From positions 58,928 through 122,927 of the forward strand of contig NZ_JBFOMD010000004.1 in assembly GCF_040830605.1 (NCBI RefSeq): a stretch of 64,000 nucleotides of DNA, written 5' to 3'. This DNA comes from Ruegeria sp. Lineage in GTDB: Bacteria; Pseudomonadota; Alphaproteobacteria; Rhodobacterales; Rhodobacteraceae. The stretch's first letter is position 1. Every line of letters starts with the position of its first letter. Positions 49,942-58,869 of this stretch are shown piece by piece. A program made the translations under genes and the position numbers. The notes beneath the pieces were generated by a model. That model made no database searches. It was not told the DNA's origin and saw only the letters and a list, made by a program, of their open reading frames with translations.

Positions 49942-50462
49942 GTTCCCGTCTCCGTTTGGGCCAGCTCTCCTGCGATCCGCTTGCGTGCGGCGGCCAGTCT
50001 GCTCATCACCGTGCCGATGGGGATGTTCAGAATCTCTGCCGCCTCCTTGTAGGCGAACCCCTCGACATAGACGAGCAAGACCGTGACCCGCTGGCTTTCG
50101 GGCAGCTCTCCTATCCTTGAAAACACCTGACGGGCGAAAATATTCGTTTCCGTGTTCACGCGCGGGTCGGGCAGCTCGGTATCCTCGAGCGCCACCAGCC
50201 CGCCGCCGGTTCGCACCGAGGTGGCTCGCAGCTCGTTCAGCCAAAGCCGGTGCGCCATGCGGATCAGCCAGCGGTCCAGATGAGTGCCGGGCTGATAGCC
50301 CGCGTGTTTCTCCAAAGCGCGCAGGCAGGTCATCTGTGCCAGATCGTCGGCGCGGTCGCGCCGCCCGGTCTGCATCAGGCAAAACCGCCACAGCCGGGGG
50401 TAGAGGGTGCCTATGCCCTCGCGGATCTCATCCTCGGCTGACGTTTTGGTGAACCAGCGAAT
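49938..50462 (-). CDS. ECF RNA polymerase sigma factor (start uncertain; ATT at 50462 proposed)
   Basis: PRLWRFC..., ADDLAQ, region 4 YKEAAEILNIPIGTVMSRL; the frame stays open 5' of ATG 50375 up to a TGA at 50490-50492. Confidence 0.8.
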   Translation of the reverse strand: MRWFTKTSAEDEIREGIGTLYPRLWRFCLMQTGRRDRADDLAQMTCLRALEKHAGYQPGTHLDRWLIRMAHRLWLNELRATSVRTGGGLVALEDTELPDPRVNTETNIFARQVFSRIGELPESQRVTVLLVYVEGFAYKEAAEILNIPIGTVMSRLAAARKRIAGELAQTETGT

Positions 50463-50544
50463 AACCCGGTCTCCTCGTGTGTTCCCTTTTCAGCGCGGGT
50501 GTAGCGCCGCGCGACCTGAACATTGATAGTAGGAAGGACACCCG

Positions 50545-51486
50545 ATGCTCAACTCACTGTTTCGTGGAACCTGCGCAGCCGCGCTGATTTCAGCCGGTCA
50601 GATGGCCGTGGCGGCCGACTGGTCGCTGGATGCCGGCAGTTCGAAACTGGCCTTTGGCTCGATCAAGAAGGACACCGTGGGCGAGGTGCATAGCTTTGAA
50701 TCGCTGACCGGCACGGTGGATTCGGCCGGCACGGTTCGGGTGGCGATCGCGTTGCCGTCGGTGGAGACCTTCATCGACATTCGCAACGAGCGAATGATCG
50801 AGCATGTGTTCAAGGGGGCCGAGCTTGCGGAACTGACCGCAAAAGTGGACATTGCCACGCTTGAGGCGTTGCAGGTGGGCGATACCACGCTGACCGATGT
50901 CGAGGGCACGCTAAGCTTGCTGGGCCGTGAGATCGGGGTCGAGACCGAGATGTTCGTGGCCCGCCTATCCGAGCGCAAGGTGATGGTCAGCACCAGTGAC
51001 ATGCTGTTTCTGGGGGTCGAAGAGGCGGGGCTGACCGAGGGCGTCGACATTCTGCAGACGCTCGCCAAACTCTCGGGCATTACCCGCACCGTGCCGGTCA
51101 CCGCGCGGCTGGTGTTTGAGACGGATGGCGAGACGGCACAGGCCGCTCCGGCACCAGAAGAGGTCACTCAGGTGGCTGCTGTGGGTGATCCGGTCAAGGG
51201 TAAGAAGGTGTTCCGCAAATGCAGCGCCTGCCACAGTCTGGAAGAGGGCAAGAACGGGGCCGGTCCCAGCCTGCATGGAGTTGTCGGTGCGGCCTCGGCC
51301 TCGGTCGAAGGGTTCAAGTATTCCGGCGCGTTTCAGCAGGCCGATCTGACCTGGAGCGCCGATGCGTTGGCGCGGTTTCTGGCCGATCCCAAGGGTGTTG
51401 TGCCCAAGAACCGCATGGCCTTTCGCGGGCTGAAGAAAGAGGACGATATCGCCAACCTGATCGCCTATCTGGGGCAGGAGGGCTGA
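50545..51486 (+). CDS. Periplasmic YceI-like domain + class I cytochrome c fusion
   Basis: Signal peptide, WSLD...S.L.F.SIKK...EVHSF YceI-like N domain, CSACH heme motif, GPSL, RMAF axial Met. Confidence 0.8.
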   Translation: MLNSLFRGTCAAALISAGQMAVAADWSLDAGSSKLAFGSIKKDTVGEVHSFESLTGTVDSAGTVRVAIALPSVETFIDIRNERMIEHVFKGAELAELTAKVDIATLEALQVGDTTLTDVEGTLSLLGREIGVETEMFVARLSERKVMVSTSDMLFLGVEEAGLTEGVDILQTLAKLSGITRTVPVTARLVFETDGETAQAAPAPEEVTQVAAVGDPVKGKKVFRKCSACHSLEEGKNGAGPSLHGVVGAASASVEGFKYSGAFQQADLTWSADALARFLADPKGVVPKNRMAFRGLKKEDDIANLIAYLGQEG

Positions 51487-51508
51487 TATCCCGCCAGCGG
51501 CTGAGCGC

Positions 51509-52330
51509 TCAGGTCATCCACCAGCGCTCGGCAAAGCGCCCGTCGTCCAGCGCGCCGCGTGTCCCGATCTGGCGGGGCATGCCCACCGGTGCGGCCACGG
51601 CCAATGCCATATCGGTCTGCGAGGGATGATAGCGATAGCCGTCCCGCGCGCGCAGCCCGTCGGGCAGGGGCAGAGCGGCCACATCGACAAAGCCGTCGCG
51701 CAACGCCTCGGCCCGCACGGCGGCATCCGGAATCACGATGATCTCGATTGCATCGACCCAACCCGCCTGACCGTTCTTGTAGTGTCCAGCGACCTTGCGG
51801 CCAAGAAAGTGCCGGTCGTCCTGCGCCCGCTCGACCCGGTAGCATCCAGTGCCGTTCGCGGCGCGCAGCGGGGTCACGCCCTCGCCGTCGCGGGTGATCA
51901 CGAACCGGTTGTCGGCCAGCAGGAACGGCAGGCCGGGATTGGCCTGCGCCAGTTCCAGCAGCAGGCGGTTTTCGGTCAAAGCTTCGGTCCGGCCTAGCTC
52001 AGAAAGCACGGCGCTGACTTCGTTGATCCTCAACGGTGTGCCGTCATGAAAGGTTACGTCCTGCCGCAGATCGAAGGTCCACACACGAGCCTCGGCATTG
52101 GTTTGCCAGTCGCTCGCCAACTCGCCGCGCAGGGTGCCGTCGGGGGCAATCTCGGTCAGCGTATGGAACACCGCGCCGCGGGCCACCTGTTCCAGACTGT
52201 CATCGCGGGGCACGGCCAGACGCAGCACGCCGCCTGGCTTGGGTGACGCTTCAAGTGACATGCCGGTCGCCGCCAGCAGCGCGGCGGCAGCACCGGATGT
52301 AAAGAGCGCACGGCGGTCGAGACGGCTCAT
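51509..52330 (-). CDS. Short family-5 (peptide/nickel) ABC substrate-binding-like protein with Tat signal
   Basis: DRRALF Tat motif, GELASDW, LRQDVTFHDGTP, NGTG; 273 aa. Confidence 0.75.
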   Translation of the reverse strand: MSRLDRRALFTSGAAAALLAATGMSLEASPKPGGVLRLAVPRDDSLEQVARGAVFHTLTEIAPDGTLRGELASDWQTNAEARVWTFDLRQDVTFHDGTPLRINEVSAVLSELGRTEALTENRLLLELAQANPGLPFLLADNRFVITRDGEGVTPLRAANGTGCYRVERAQDDRHFLGRKVAGHYKNGQAGWVDAIEIIVIPDAAVRAEALRDGFVDVAALPLPDGLRARDGYRYHPSQTDMALAVAAPVGMPRQIGTRGALDDGRFAERWWMT

Positions 52331-53304
52331 ATCACCGTCTCCGCGATCCGGTCCATGATGCGCACGAGCTCGGCGCTGATGCCCGGTTCGGACAGGGCGT
52401 GGCCCGCATGACGCACCATTTTCAGCTCGGCATTCGGCCAGCGTTCGCACAGCGCCCAGGCCGAGCTTGGCGGGCAGATCATGTCATAGCGGCCCTGTAC
52501 CACATGGCCGGGGATATGCGCGATCCGGTCCACCTGATCCAGAATCTGCCCGTCATACTCGAGGAAGCCGCCATTGAGGAAATAGTGATTCTCAAGCCGG
52601 GCAAAGGCGCGGGCATAATCGCCCGGGGTCTCTCCGGTCGAGCCGCTGTTGTGGATCGACGCCAGCGCGTTCTCCCACGCCGACCAGGCACGGCCATAAA
52701 GGGTTTCGCTGGCCACATCGCCCGAGAACAGCCGCTTGTGATAAGCGGTGATGGCGTCACCCCGCTCGGCCTCGGGCAGGAGCGAGACGAATTTCGACCA
52801 CGGCTCAGGCCAGAACTTCCCGGCTCCGCCGCCATAAAACCAATCAAGCTCGGCCTGCGTCATCAGGAACACGCCGCGCAGCACCAGACGGCTGACGCGA
52901 TCGGGGTGGGTCTGGGCATAGACCAGCGCCAGCGTCGCGCCCCAACTGCCGCCGAACGCGATCCATTGCTCGATATCCAGCGCCTTGCGAATACGCTCGA
53001 TATCGGCGACCAGATGCCAGGTGGTGTTGTACTCGACGGAGGCATGCGGCCGCGACCGGCCACAGCCGCGCTGATCGAAGAGAATCACCCGGTAGACCAG
53101 CGGATCGAAGTACCGCCGCATTGCCGGGCTGCAGCCGCCACCCGGACCGCCATGCAGCACCACGACGGGTATCCCGTTGGGATTGCCGCATTGTTCCACA
53201 TAGATGCGGTGCCCCTGGCCCACGTCGAGCATCCGCTGATCGAAGGGATCGACCGGCGGATAGAGATATTGCACTGCGCGCTTTTGGTCCGGGTACTTGT
53301 CCAT
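52327..53304 (-). CDS. pip: Proline iminopeptidase
   Basis: HGGPGGG, DQRGCGRS, GGSWG, GRYD, AGH. Confidence 0.93.
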   Translation of the reverse strand: MDKYPDQKRAVQYLYPPVDPFDQRMLDVGQGHRIYVEQCGNPNGIPVVVLHGGPGGGCSPAMRRYFDPLVYRVILFDQRGCGRSRPHASVEYNTTWHLVADIERIRKALDIEQWIAFGGSWGATLALVYAQTHPDRVSRLVLRGVFLMTQAELDWFYGGGAGKFWPEPWSKFVSLLPEAERGDAITAYHKRLFSGDVASETLYGRAWSAWENALASIHNSGSTGETPGDYARAFARLENHYFLNGGFLEYDGQILDQVDRIAHIPGHVVQGRYDMICPPSSAWALCERWPNAELKMVRHAGHALSEPGISAELVRIMDRIAETVI

Positions 53305-53352
53305 TATGGGCCTATATAGTCCTTAGGCGTAAAAGAGCATACGGAGACAGGA

Positions 53353-54099
53353 ATGCAAGCGCATCCAAACACGGTGGACCCGTCCGAGATCGCAAAATTC
53401 GAAGCGATGGCCGCCGAATGGTGGGATCCTCACGGAAAATTCAAGCCGCTGCACATGCTCAACCCCTGCCGTCTGGACTACATAACCCGCCAGATCGCTG
53501 GTGAGTTCGACCGCGATCTGAAGGAGGACAGTCCCTTTGCCGGACTGCGGCTGCTGGACATCGGCTGCGGCGGCGGTCTGCTGAGCGAGCCGATGACACG
53601 GTTGGGCGCCGATGTGGTTGGTGCCGACGCTGCCGAGGGCAATCTTCCGGTCGCGCGCATTCATGCCGAACAGTCGGGGCTCAAGATCGACTATCGCCAC
53701 ACCACCGCCGAGGCACTGGCCGAGGCCGGAGAGCAGTTCGATGTGGTGCTCAATATGGAGGTGGTCGAGCATGTGGCCGATCCGCTGAGCTATCTGACCG
53801 CCACACAGCAGCTTTTGCGGCCCGGTGGCCTTCAGGTGTGCTCGACCATCAACCGCAACCCGAAATCCTACGCGATGGCAATTGTGGGTGCCGAGGTGGT
53901 GATGCGCTGGCTGCCGCGCGGTACGCATGAATGGTCGAAATTCATTACGCCCGATGAACTGTTCGATCTGCTGCGGCAGGCGGGGCTTGAGCCCGTTGAC
54001 CGTAAGGGGTTCGTGTTCAACCCGATCTCGTGGAGCTGGTCGATTTCGGACCGCGACCTAAGCGTGAACTACGTCACCGCAAGCGTGAAGCCGGAATAG
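53353..54099 (+). CDS. ubiG: Ubiquinone biosynthesis O-methyltransferase
   Basis: [30 protein letters not shown]. Confidence 0.95.
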   Translation: MQAHPNTVDPSEIAKFEAMAAEWWDPHGKFKPLHMLNPCRLDYITRQIAGEFDRDLKEDSPFAGLRLLDIGCGGGLLSEPMTRLGADVVGADAAEGNLPVARIHAEQSGLKIDYRHTTAEALAEAGEQFDVVLNMEVVEHVADPLSYLTATQQLLRPGGLQVCSTINRNPKSYAMAIVGAEVVMRWLPRGTHEWSKFITPDELFDLLRQAGLEPVDRKGFVFNPISWSWSISDRDLSVNYVTASVKPE

Positions 54100-54125
54100 G
54101 ATTCGCGAGGTTTTCAACCGGTGCC

Positions 54126-54186
54126 AAGGCGTTTGGAAACGCCTTGAAGCGGTTTGCAAACCGCTTAAGCCGCTTGCAAGCGGCTT
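54126..54186. repeat. Array of three adjacent 20-bp palindromes
   Basis: AAGGCGTTTGGAAACGCCTT (54126-54145), AAGCGGTTTGCAAACCGCTT (54147-54166), AAGCCGCTTGCAAGCGGCTT (54167-54186). Confidence 0.85.
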
Positions 54187-54210
54187 GGTCCCGGTCAGAA
54201 CCGGGGCGCT

Positions 54211-54651
54211 TTATTCATCTTCCAGCCTGATCCGCAGATCGCGCAGCACCGGCAACGTCGTGCGGACGCGGTCCAGCCCCAGCTCCTTGACCACCTGATT
54301 GATCAACGGTGCAATCGAGGAAATTGCCTGATCCCGTGCTTGCCGTCCGGCGGGGCTGATCGCCACCATCTTGCGCCGCGCATCGTCCCAGTCGGGACGG
54401 ATGTGGATGTATCCAGCCCATTCCAGCTTGGCCAAGGTGTTGGTCATCGCCCCCCTCGTGACGTGGAACGTGCTGGCCAATTGCGCCGGGCTGCGTTCAT
54501 CCCCCACAAAGGCCAGATGATTCAACACCGAGAAATGCGAGATTTCCATGCCCTTGGGCAGCACCCGGCTCAGCCGGTTCCGCAGCAATTGGTCGGCGGT
54601 CAGGATCTCGCTGAACAGCGCGACCGCCAGGGCGTTGGTATCGTCTTGCAT
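54211..54651 (-). CDS. MarR family transcriptional regulator
   Basis: Winged HTH SPAQLA...VTRGAMT..L..LE..GYI, DARRK. Confidence 0.88.
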   Translation of the reverse strand: MQDDTNALAVALFSEILTADQLLRNRLSRVLPKGMEISHFSVLNHLAFVGDERSPAQLASTFHVTRGAMTNTLAKLEWAGYIHIRPDWDDARRKMVAISPAGRQARDQAISSIAPLINQVVKELGLDRVRTTLPVLRDLRIRLEDE

Positions 54652-54665
54652 GTTCCAAATCTGGA

Positions 54666-55496
54666 TCAGGGGCCGTCGAAGGGACGGACATGAGTCAGTG
54701 AGGGCACCTTGCGCCGCGCCTCAGTAACAGACTTATCATCCAGATCAAAAATGTGAATGCCGGGTTCGGTGCCTGCGTCGATCAGCACCTCTCCCCACGG
54801 CGCCACGACCAGAGAGTGCCCGTGGGTATGCCGCACCTTGCCGCGCGTTGTGGGGTGCGTGCCGGTCTGGCCCGGGGCCAGCACCCAGCACCCGGTTTCG
54901 ATGGCGCGGGCCCGCAGCAGCGATTCCCAATGCGCGGCACCGGTTACCGGCGAAAACGCCGCCGGAACGGTTAGGATGGTGGCACCGGCTTGTGCCAAGG
55001 CCGCGTGCAGATGTGGGAACCGCACGTCGTAGCAGACCGTCAGACCGATCCTGCCGAACTCGGTATCTGCCACCACCGCCTGCGTTCCGGGCCGGTAATT
55101 GGCGGATTCGCGGAAGGTTTCCGTTTCAGTCACCTGCACGTCGAACATGTGGATCTTGTCGTACCGCGCCACGATCCCGCCCTTGGGATCGATCAGAAAC
55201 GAACGGTTGGCAAAGCGGCCATCGGCGTCGTGGGTCTTGATCCCCAGCGAGCCGATCAGTAGCCAGATGCCCAGCCCGGCGGCCTGTTCACGTAGACCTG
55301 CCAGCGTGATGTCATCCTCTTCGTGCTGCAACACCTCGCGCTGCTGCGTGGTGCTGTTCGACACGCAATTGGTCACTTCGGGGGTCAGGATGAACCGCGC
55401 GCCCTGTGCTGCCGCCTCGGCCACAATGCCGCGGACCATGTTCAGATTGGCGACAGGGTCGTCTGATGAGGTGATTTGCAGCAGCGCGGTCTTCAT
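54666..55496 (-). CDS. Carbon-nitrogen hydrolase (Nit1 / deaminated-glutathione amidase-like)
   Basis: TPE, YDKIHMFDV and VCYDVRFP triad motifs; RARAIE. Confidence 0.9.
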   Translation of the reverse strand: MKTALLQITSSDDPVANLNMVRGIVAEAAAQGARFILTPEVTNCVSNSTTQQREVLQHEEDDITLAGLREQAAGLGIWLLIGSLGIKTHDADGRFANRSFLIDPKGGIVARYDKIHMFDVQVTETETFRESANYRPGTQAVVADTEFGRIGLTVCYDVRFPHLHAALAQAGATILTVPAAFSPVTGAAHWESLLRARAIETGCWVLAPGQTGTHPTTRGKVRHTHGHSLVVAPWGEVLIDAGTEPGIHIFDLDDKSVTEARRKVPSLTHVRPFDGP

Positions 55497-55753
55497 CAGG
55501 CGGCCAGCAGCGGATCGAGCTTGCCCGAGCGTTCGAGGTCATAGAGATCGTCGCAGCCGCCCACATGCGTCTCGCCGACAAAGATCTGCGGCACGGTGCG
55601 GCGGCCATTCGCGCGCTGGATCATCTCGGGCTTGCGGTTCGGGTTCCGCATCACGTCAATCTCCGTGAACGAGATGCCCTTTTGGGTCAGCAACCGCTTG
55701 GCAGCATGGCAAAAGCCGCAGAGCGGTGAGGTGTATATTTCGACAGCTTTCAT
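55496..55753 (-). CDS. grxC: Glutaredoxin 3
   Basis: CGFC, TVPQIF, GGCDDL. Confidence 0.92.
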   Translation of the reverse strand: MKAVEIYTSPLCGFCHAAKRLLTQKGISFTEIDVMRNPNRKPEMIQRANGRRTVPQIFVGETHVGGCDDLYDLERSGKLDPLLAA

Positions 55754-55791
55754 ATCTGTTCCCTAGAGTTTTTTGGGCAATTTAGGGGCAA

Positions 55792-56520
55792 TTAAGCATC
55801 CTTGGCAACGCGCGCCAGCGTGAGCACGAAAATATGATTTGCACCTGCGTTAAGGCAAGCACGGGCGCAGGCCGCCAGAGTTGCGCCCGAGGTCATTACG
55901 TCGTCCACCAGCAGCACATCGCGGGCCGCCATCCGGTGCCGGCGCTTGGGGTGCGGGGCGATGGCCTGCGATAACGTTTCGGCCCGCTCGGCCGCAGTCT
56001 TGCCGTCCAGAACCGGGGTGCGCTGGGCCCGGATCAGCAGATCGGGGCACACCGCCAGACCGGTTTCGCGCCCCAGATGCTGGGCGAGCAGGGCGGACTG
56101 GTTGTAGCGCCGTTTGACCAGTCGCGACCAGTGCAACGGAACAGGGGCGATCAGCATGCCCTCGCGCAGCAAATCCTTGCCCGCCCGAGCCATCCACAGC
56201 GCTGCCGGGCGGGCCAGTTCTGGCCGGTCGCCATGTTTCAGCGCCAGAATCATTCGGCGGGCGCGGCCCGTGTATAGCAGCGCTGCGCGCCCGTCTTTCC
56301 AGGGGCGCGGGGTGGTCATGCAGTCGTCGCACTCGATCCGGTGGCCATCCGTGTCGCCGGGCAGCGGCGTGCCGCAGCTTTCGCAGATGGTGCCGCCGAT
56401 AAAGGGTGTGTCGCGCCAGCAGGGGCCGCAGAGACCGAAATCCGAGGTCACCAGATCGCCGCAGCCCAGGCAGCGCGGCGGGTAGATCAACTCGACAGCG
56501 GTTTGAATCCGGTTCCACAT
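55792..56520 (-). CDS. comF: ComF family protein (double zinc ribbon + phosphoribosyltransferase)
   Basis: Four CxxC motifs, VPLH, RYNQS, LLVDDVMTSGAT. Confidence 0.9.
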   Translation of the reverse strand: MWNRIQTAVELIYPPRCLGCGDLVTSDFGLCGPCWRDTPFIGGTICESCGTPLPGDTDGHRIECDDCMTTPRPWKDGRAALLYTGRARRMILALKHGDRPELARPAALWMARAGKDLLREGMLIAPVPLHWSRLVKRRYNQSALLAQHLGRETGLAVCPDLLIRAQRTPVLDGKTAAERAETLSQAIAPHPKRRHRMAARDVLLVDDVMTSGATLAACARACLNAGANHIFVLTLARVAKDA

Positions 56521-56536
56521 GCGTTAACTGCGCCTC

Positions 56537-57367
56537 ATGAAGATGCCCGCGTCCGATATTCCGGCCCTGTTCGACCGCACCACCCTTGCCGCCCGGCGCG
56601 CCCGCGCGCAGGACGAGGCCCTGTTCCTGCACCGTGCCGCAGTGGACGAGGTGCAGGATCGCCTCTCTATGGTTAAGAGAGAGTTTACGGCGCCCGCCGT
56701 GGTCACGCCATTTCCGCAGGTTTGGGGCGAGATTCTGCCCGGTGCGCGGATTGTCGCGGACGATGAGGTGCTGGCACTGCAGCCCGGCGTTCATGATCTG
56801 GTGGTCCACGCTGTGGCGCTGCATTGGGCCAACGATCCGGTGGGCCAGCTGATCCAGTGCCGCCGGGCGTTGAAGTCCGATGGCCTGCTGCTGGCCGTGT
56901 GTCTGGGGGGCGAGACGCTGCACGAACTGCGCGCGGTGCTGGGGCAGGCCGAGGCCGAAGTGACAGGCGGGCTCAGCCCCCGGATCGCGCCGATGGGCGA
57001 GATCCGCGATCTGGGCGCGTTGCTACAACGGGCCGGGCTGGCGCTGCCGGTGGCGGACAATGTGGCTCTAACTGCGGAATATCGCGACCTGATACATCTG
57101 ATGCGGGACCTGCGGGCGATGGCCGAGACCAACGTGCTGTCTTCACGGCTTAAGCACCCGACCCGGCGGGCGGTGTTCGATCGCGCCAGCGCGCTTTATG
57201 CCCAGAACTACGCGACATCCGATGGAAAGCTGCGCGCCACGTTTGACCTGATCTGCCTGACCGGCTGGTCGCCGGACGAAAGCCAGCCGAAACCGTTGCG
57301 CTCGGGCTCGGCTCAGGCGCGGCTGGCCGAGGCGCTTGGCACAAATGAGACCAAACTGTCCGATTGA
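56537..57367 (+). CDS. SAM-dependent methyltransferase (BioC/NDUFAF5-like)
   Basis: ALHWANDP, GGETLHELR, LLQRAGLALPVAD, QPKPL. Confidence 0.85.
   Translation: MKMPASDIPALFDRTTLAARRARAQDEALFLHRAAVDEVQDRLSMVKREFTAPAVVTPFPQVWGEILPGARIVADDEVLALQPGVHDLVVHAVALHWANDPVGQLIQCRRALKSDGLLLAVCLGGETLHELRAVLGQAEAEVTGGLSPRIAPMGEIRDLGALLQRAGLALPVADNVALTAEYRDLIHLMRDLRAMAETNVLSSRLKHPTRRAVFDRASALYAQNYATSDGKLRATFDLICLTGWSPDESQPKPLRSGSAQARLAEALGTNETKLSD
56669..56688. promoter_or_regulatory. Putative intragenic CtrA site upstream of comF
   Basis: ATGGTTAA (TTAACCAT on the minus strand) overlapping TTAA-N7-TTTAC. Confidence 0.5.
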
Positions 57368-57423
57368 CGGGGCCTGAATTCCCGTTATCTCAGGGCGGAA
57401 CCGATCAATTCAGGACGCCCGTG

Positions 57424-58473
57424 ATGTTTGACGCCAGCCGACCCACCCATGCCCCCGCCGATCATCCGCAAATCAAGATGGGTCGCGTGGGCATCCTGCT
57501 GGCCAATCTGGGCACGCCCGACGACTACTCGTACTGGCCGATGCGGCGCTATCTGAACGAGTTTCTGTCGGACCAGCGGGTTATCGATTATCCGAAGTGG
57601 AAATGGCAGCCGATCCTGCAGGGAATCATCCTGACCAAGCGGCCGTTCAGCTCGGGCGCGGCGTACAAGTCGATTTGGAACCACGACAAGGGCGAGAGCC
57701 CGCTGATGACCATCAGCAAGGATCAGACCGCCAAAGTGGCGGCGGCGATGCAGGAACAGTATGGGGACCGGGTGCTGGTCGATTTCTGTATGCGCTACGG
57801 CAATCCCTCGACCAAATCCAAGGTGCGGCAGATGGTGGCCGAGGGGTGCGACCGCATCCTGTTTTTCCCGCTTTATCCGCAATATGCGGGTGCCACGACG
57901 GCCACGGCCAACGACCAGTTCTTTCGCGCCCTGATGGATGAGACATGGCAGCCCGCCGCGCGCACGGTTCCGGCCTATTTCGACGAACCTGCCTATATCG
58001 ACGCGCTGGCGCAGTCGATCGAGCGGGCCTATGCGGCGATGGAGGCTGAGCCGGATATCCTCGTCTGCTCCTATCACGGCATGCCCGAACGCTACCTGAC
58101 GCAGGGCGATCCCTATCACTGCCAATGCGCCAAGACCACGCGGCTGCTCAAAGAGCGGTTGGGATGGGGGGATGACCGAATTGTCTCGACCTTCCAGTCA
58201 CGGTTTGGACCCGAGGAATGGCTGAAACCCTACACCGTCGATCACGTGGCCGAGCTGGCGCGGCAAGGGAAAAAGAACATCGCCGTTGTGGCGCCAGCCT
58301 TTTCCGCAGACTGCATCGAGACGCTGGAAGAGATTAACGAAGAGATTCGTGAGAGCTTTGAAGAGGCCGGGGGAGAGAGCTTTACCTACATCCCCTGCCT
58401 TAACGACGAGGACGCCCATATCGCGGCACTGGCCAAGGTGATCCGGGACAACCTCAGGGGGTGGCTGGACTAA
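57424..58473 (+). CDS. hemH: Ferrochelatase
   Basis: NLGTP, MRYGNP, PLYPQY, SYHG, FQSRFG..EWLKP, DCIETLEEI. Confidence 0.95.
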   Translation: MFDASRPTHAPADHPQIKMGRVGILLANLGTPDDYSYWPMRRYLNEFLSDQRVIDYPKWKWQPILQGIILTKRPFSSGAAYKSIWNHDKGESPLMTISKDQTAKVAAAMQEQYGDRVLVDFCMRYGNPSTKSKVRQMVAEGCDRILFFPLYPQYAGATTATANDQFFRALMDETWQPAARTVPAYFDEPAYIDALAQSIERAYAAMEAEPDILVCSYHGMPERYLTQGDPYHCQCAKTTRLLKERLGWGDDRIVSTFQSRFGPEEWLKPYTVDHVAELARQGKKNIAVVAPAFSADCIETLEEINEEIRESFEEAGGESFTYIPCLNDEDAHIAALAKVIRDNLRGWLD

Positions 58474-58494
58474 TTCAGCCAACCTTCCGGGCAC

Positions 58495-58530
58495 AAAAAA
58501 AGACGGTGGAGAAATCCACCGCCTTTTCTT
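58495..58530. terminator. Bidirectional terminator
   Basis: AAAAAAAGACGGTGGA-GAAA-TCCACCGCCTTTTCTT between convergent genes. Confidence 0.75.
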
Positions 58531-58547
58531 AGATGACTTACGTCGAC

Positions 58548-58730
58548 TTAGCCTGCAGCAACAGCAGCAGCCACCACGACCAGCAGGATCAGGGGCAGCA
58601 GGATGCCTTGCGACGAGCCCTGGGTCTCTTCGACAACAACCGGTGCCTCAACAATCGGCTCTTCCAGGTTGCCCGCAGATGCGGTCGAAGCAGCAGCGGT
58701 CAGCGCAGCAGCGAGAACGAGTTTTTTCAT
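58548..58730 (-). CDS. Small secreted, membrane-anchored protein (60 aa)
   Basis: GGAGG RBS; signal peptide MKKLVLAAALTAAASTASA, acidic linker, C-terminal hydrophobic helix. Confidence 0.8.
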   Translation of the reverse strand: MKKLVLAAALTAAASTASAGNLEEPIVEAPVVVEETQGSSQGILLPLILLVVVAAAVAAG

Positions 58731-58869
58731 ATTAACCTCCAGAATTTGCGCGATTCCCAATACGTGAACCGCGCACTCAAGACTTACCTCGTGGTTTTTT
58801 CTAAGCAGCAATGTTGCGGGATTGCAAACGCTAGTTGCGGGCGCAATGGATCAGCGAATGGAAATGTCG

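Noticed and set aside
49201-50391. 396-aa ORF suggesting a sigma/anti-sigma fusion
   Set aside because: Its N-terminal part is an alternative frame over the sigma gene; the anti-sigma starts at 49941 with its own RBS and stop/start overlap.
54126-54186. CRISPR interpretation of the palindrome array
   Set aside because: No spacers between units, the units differ from each other, and there are no cas genes in the window.
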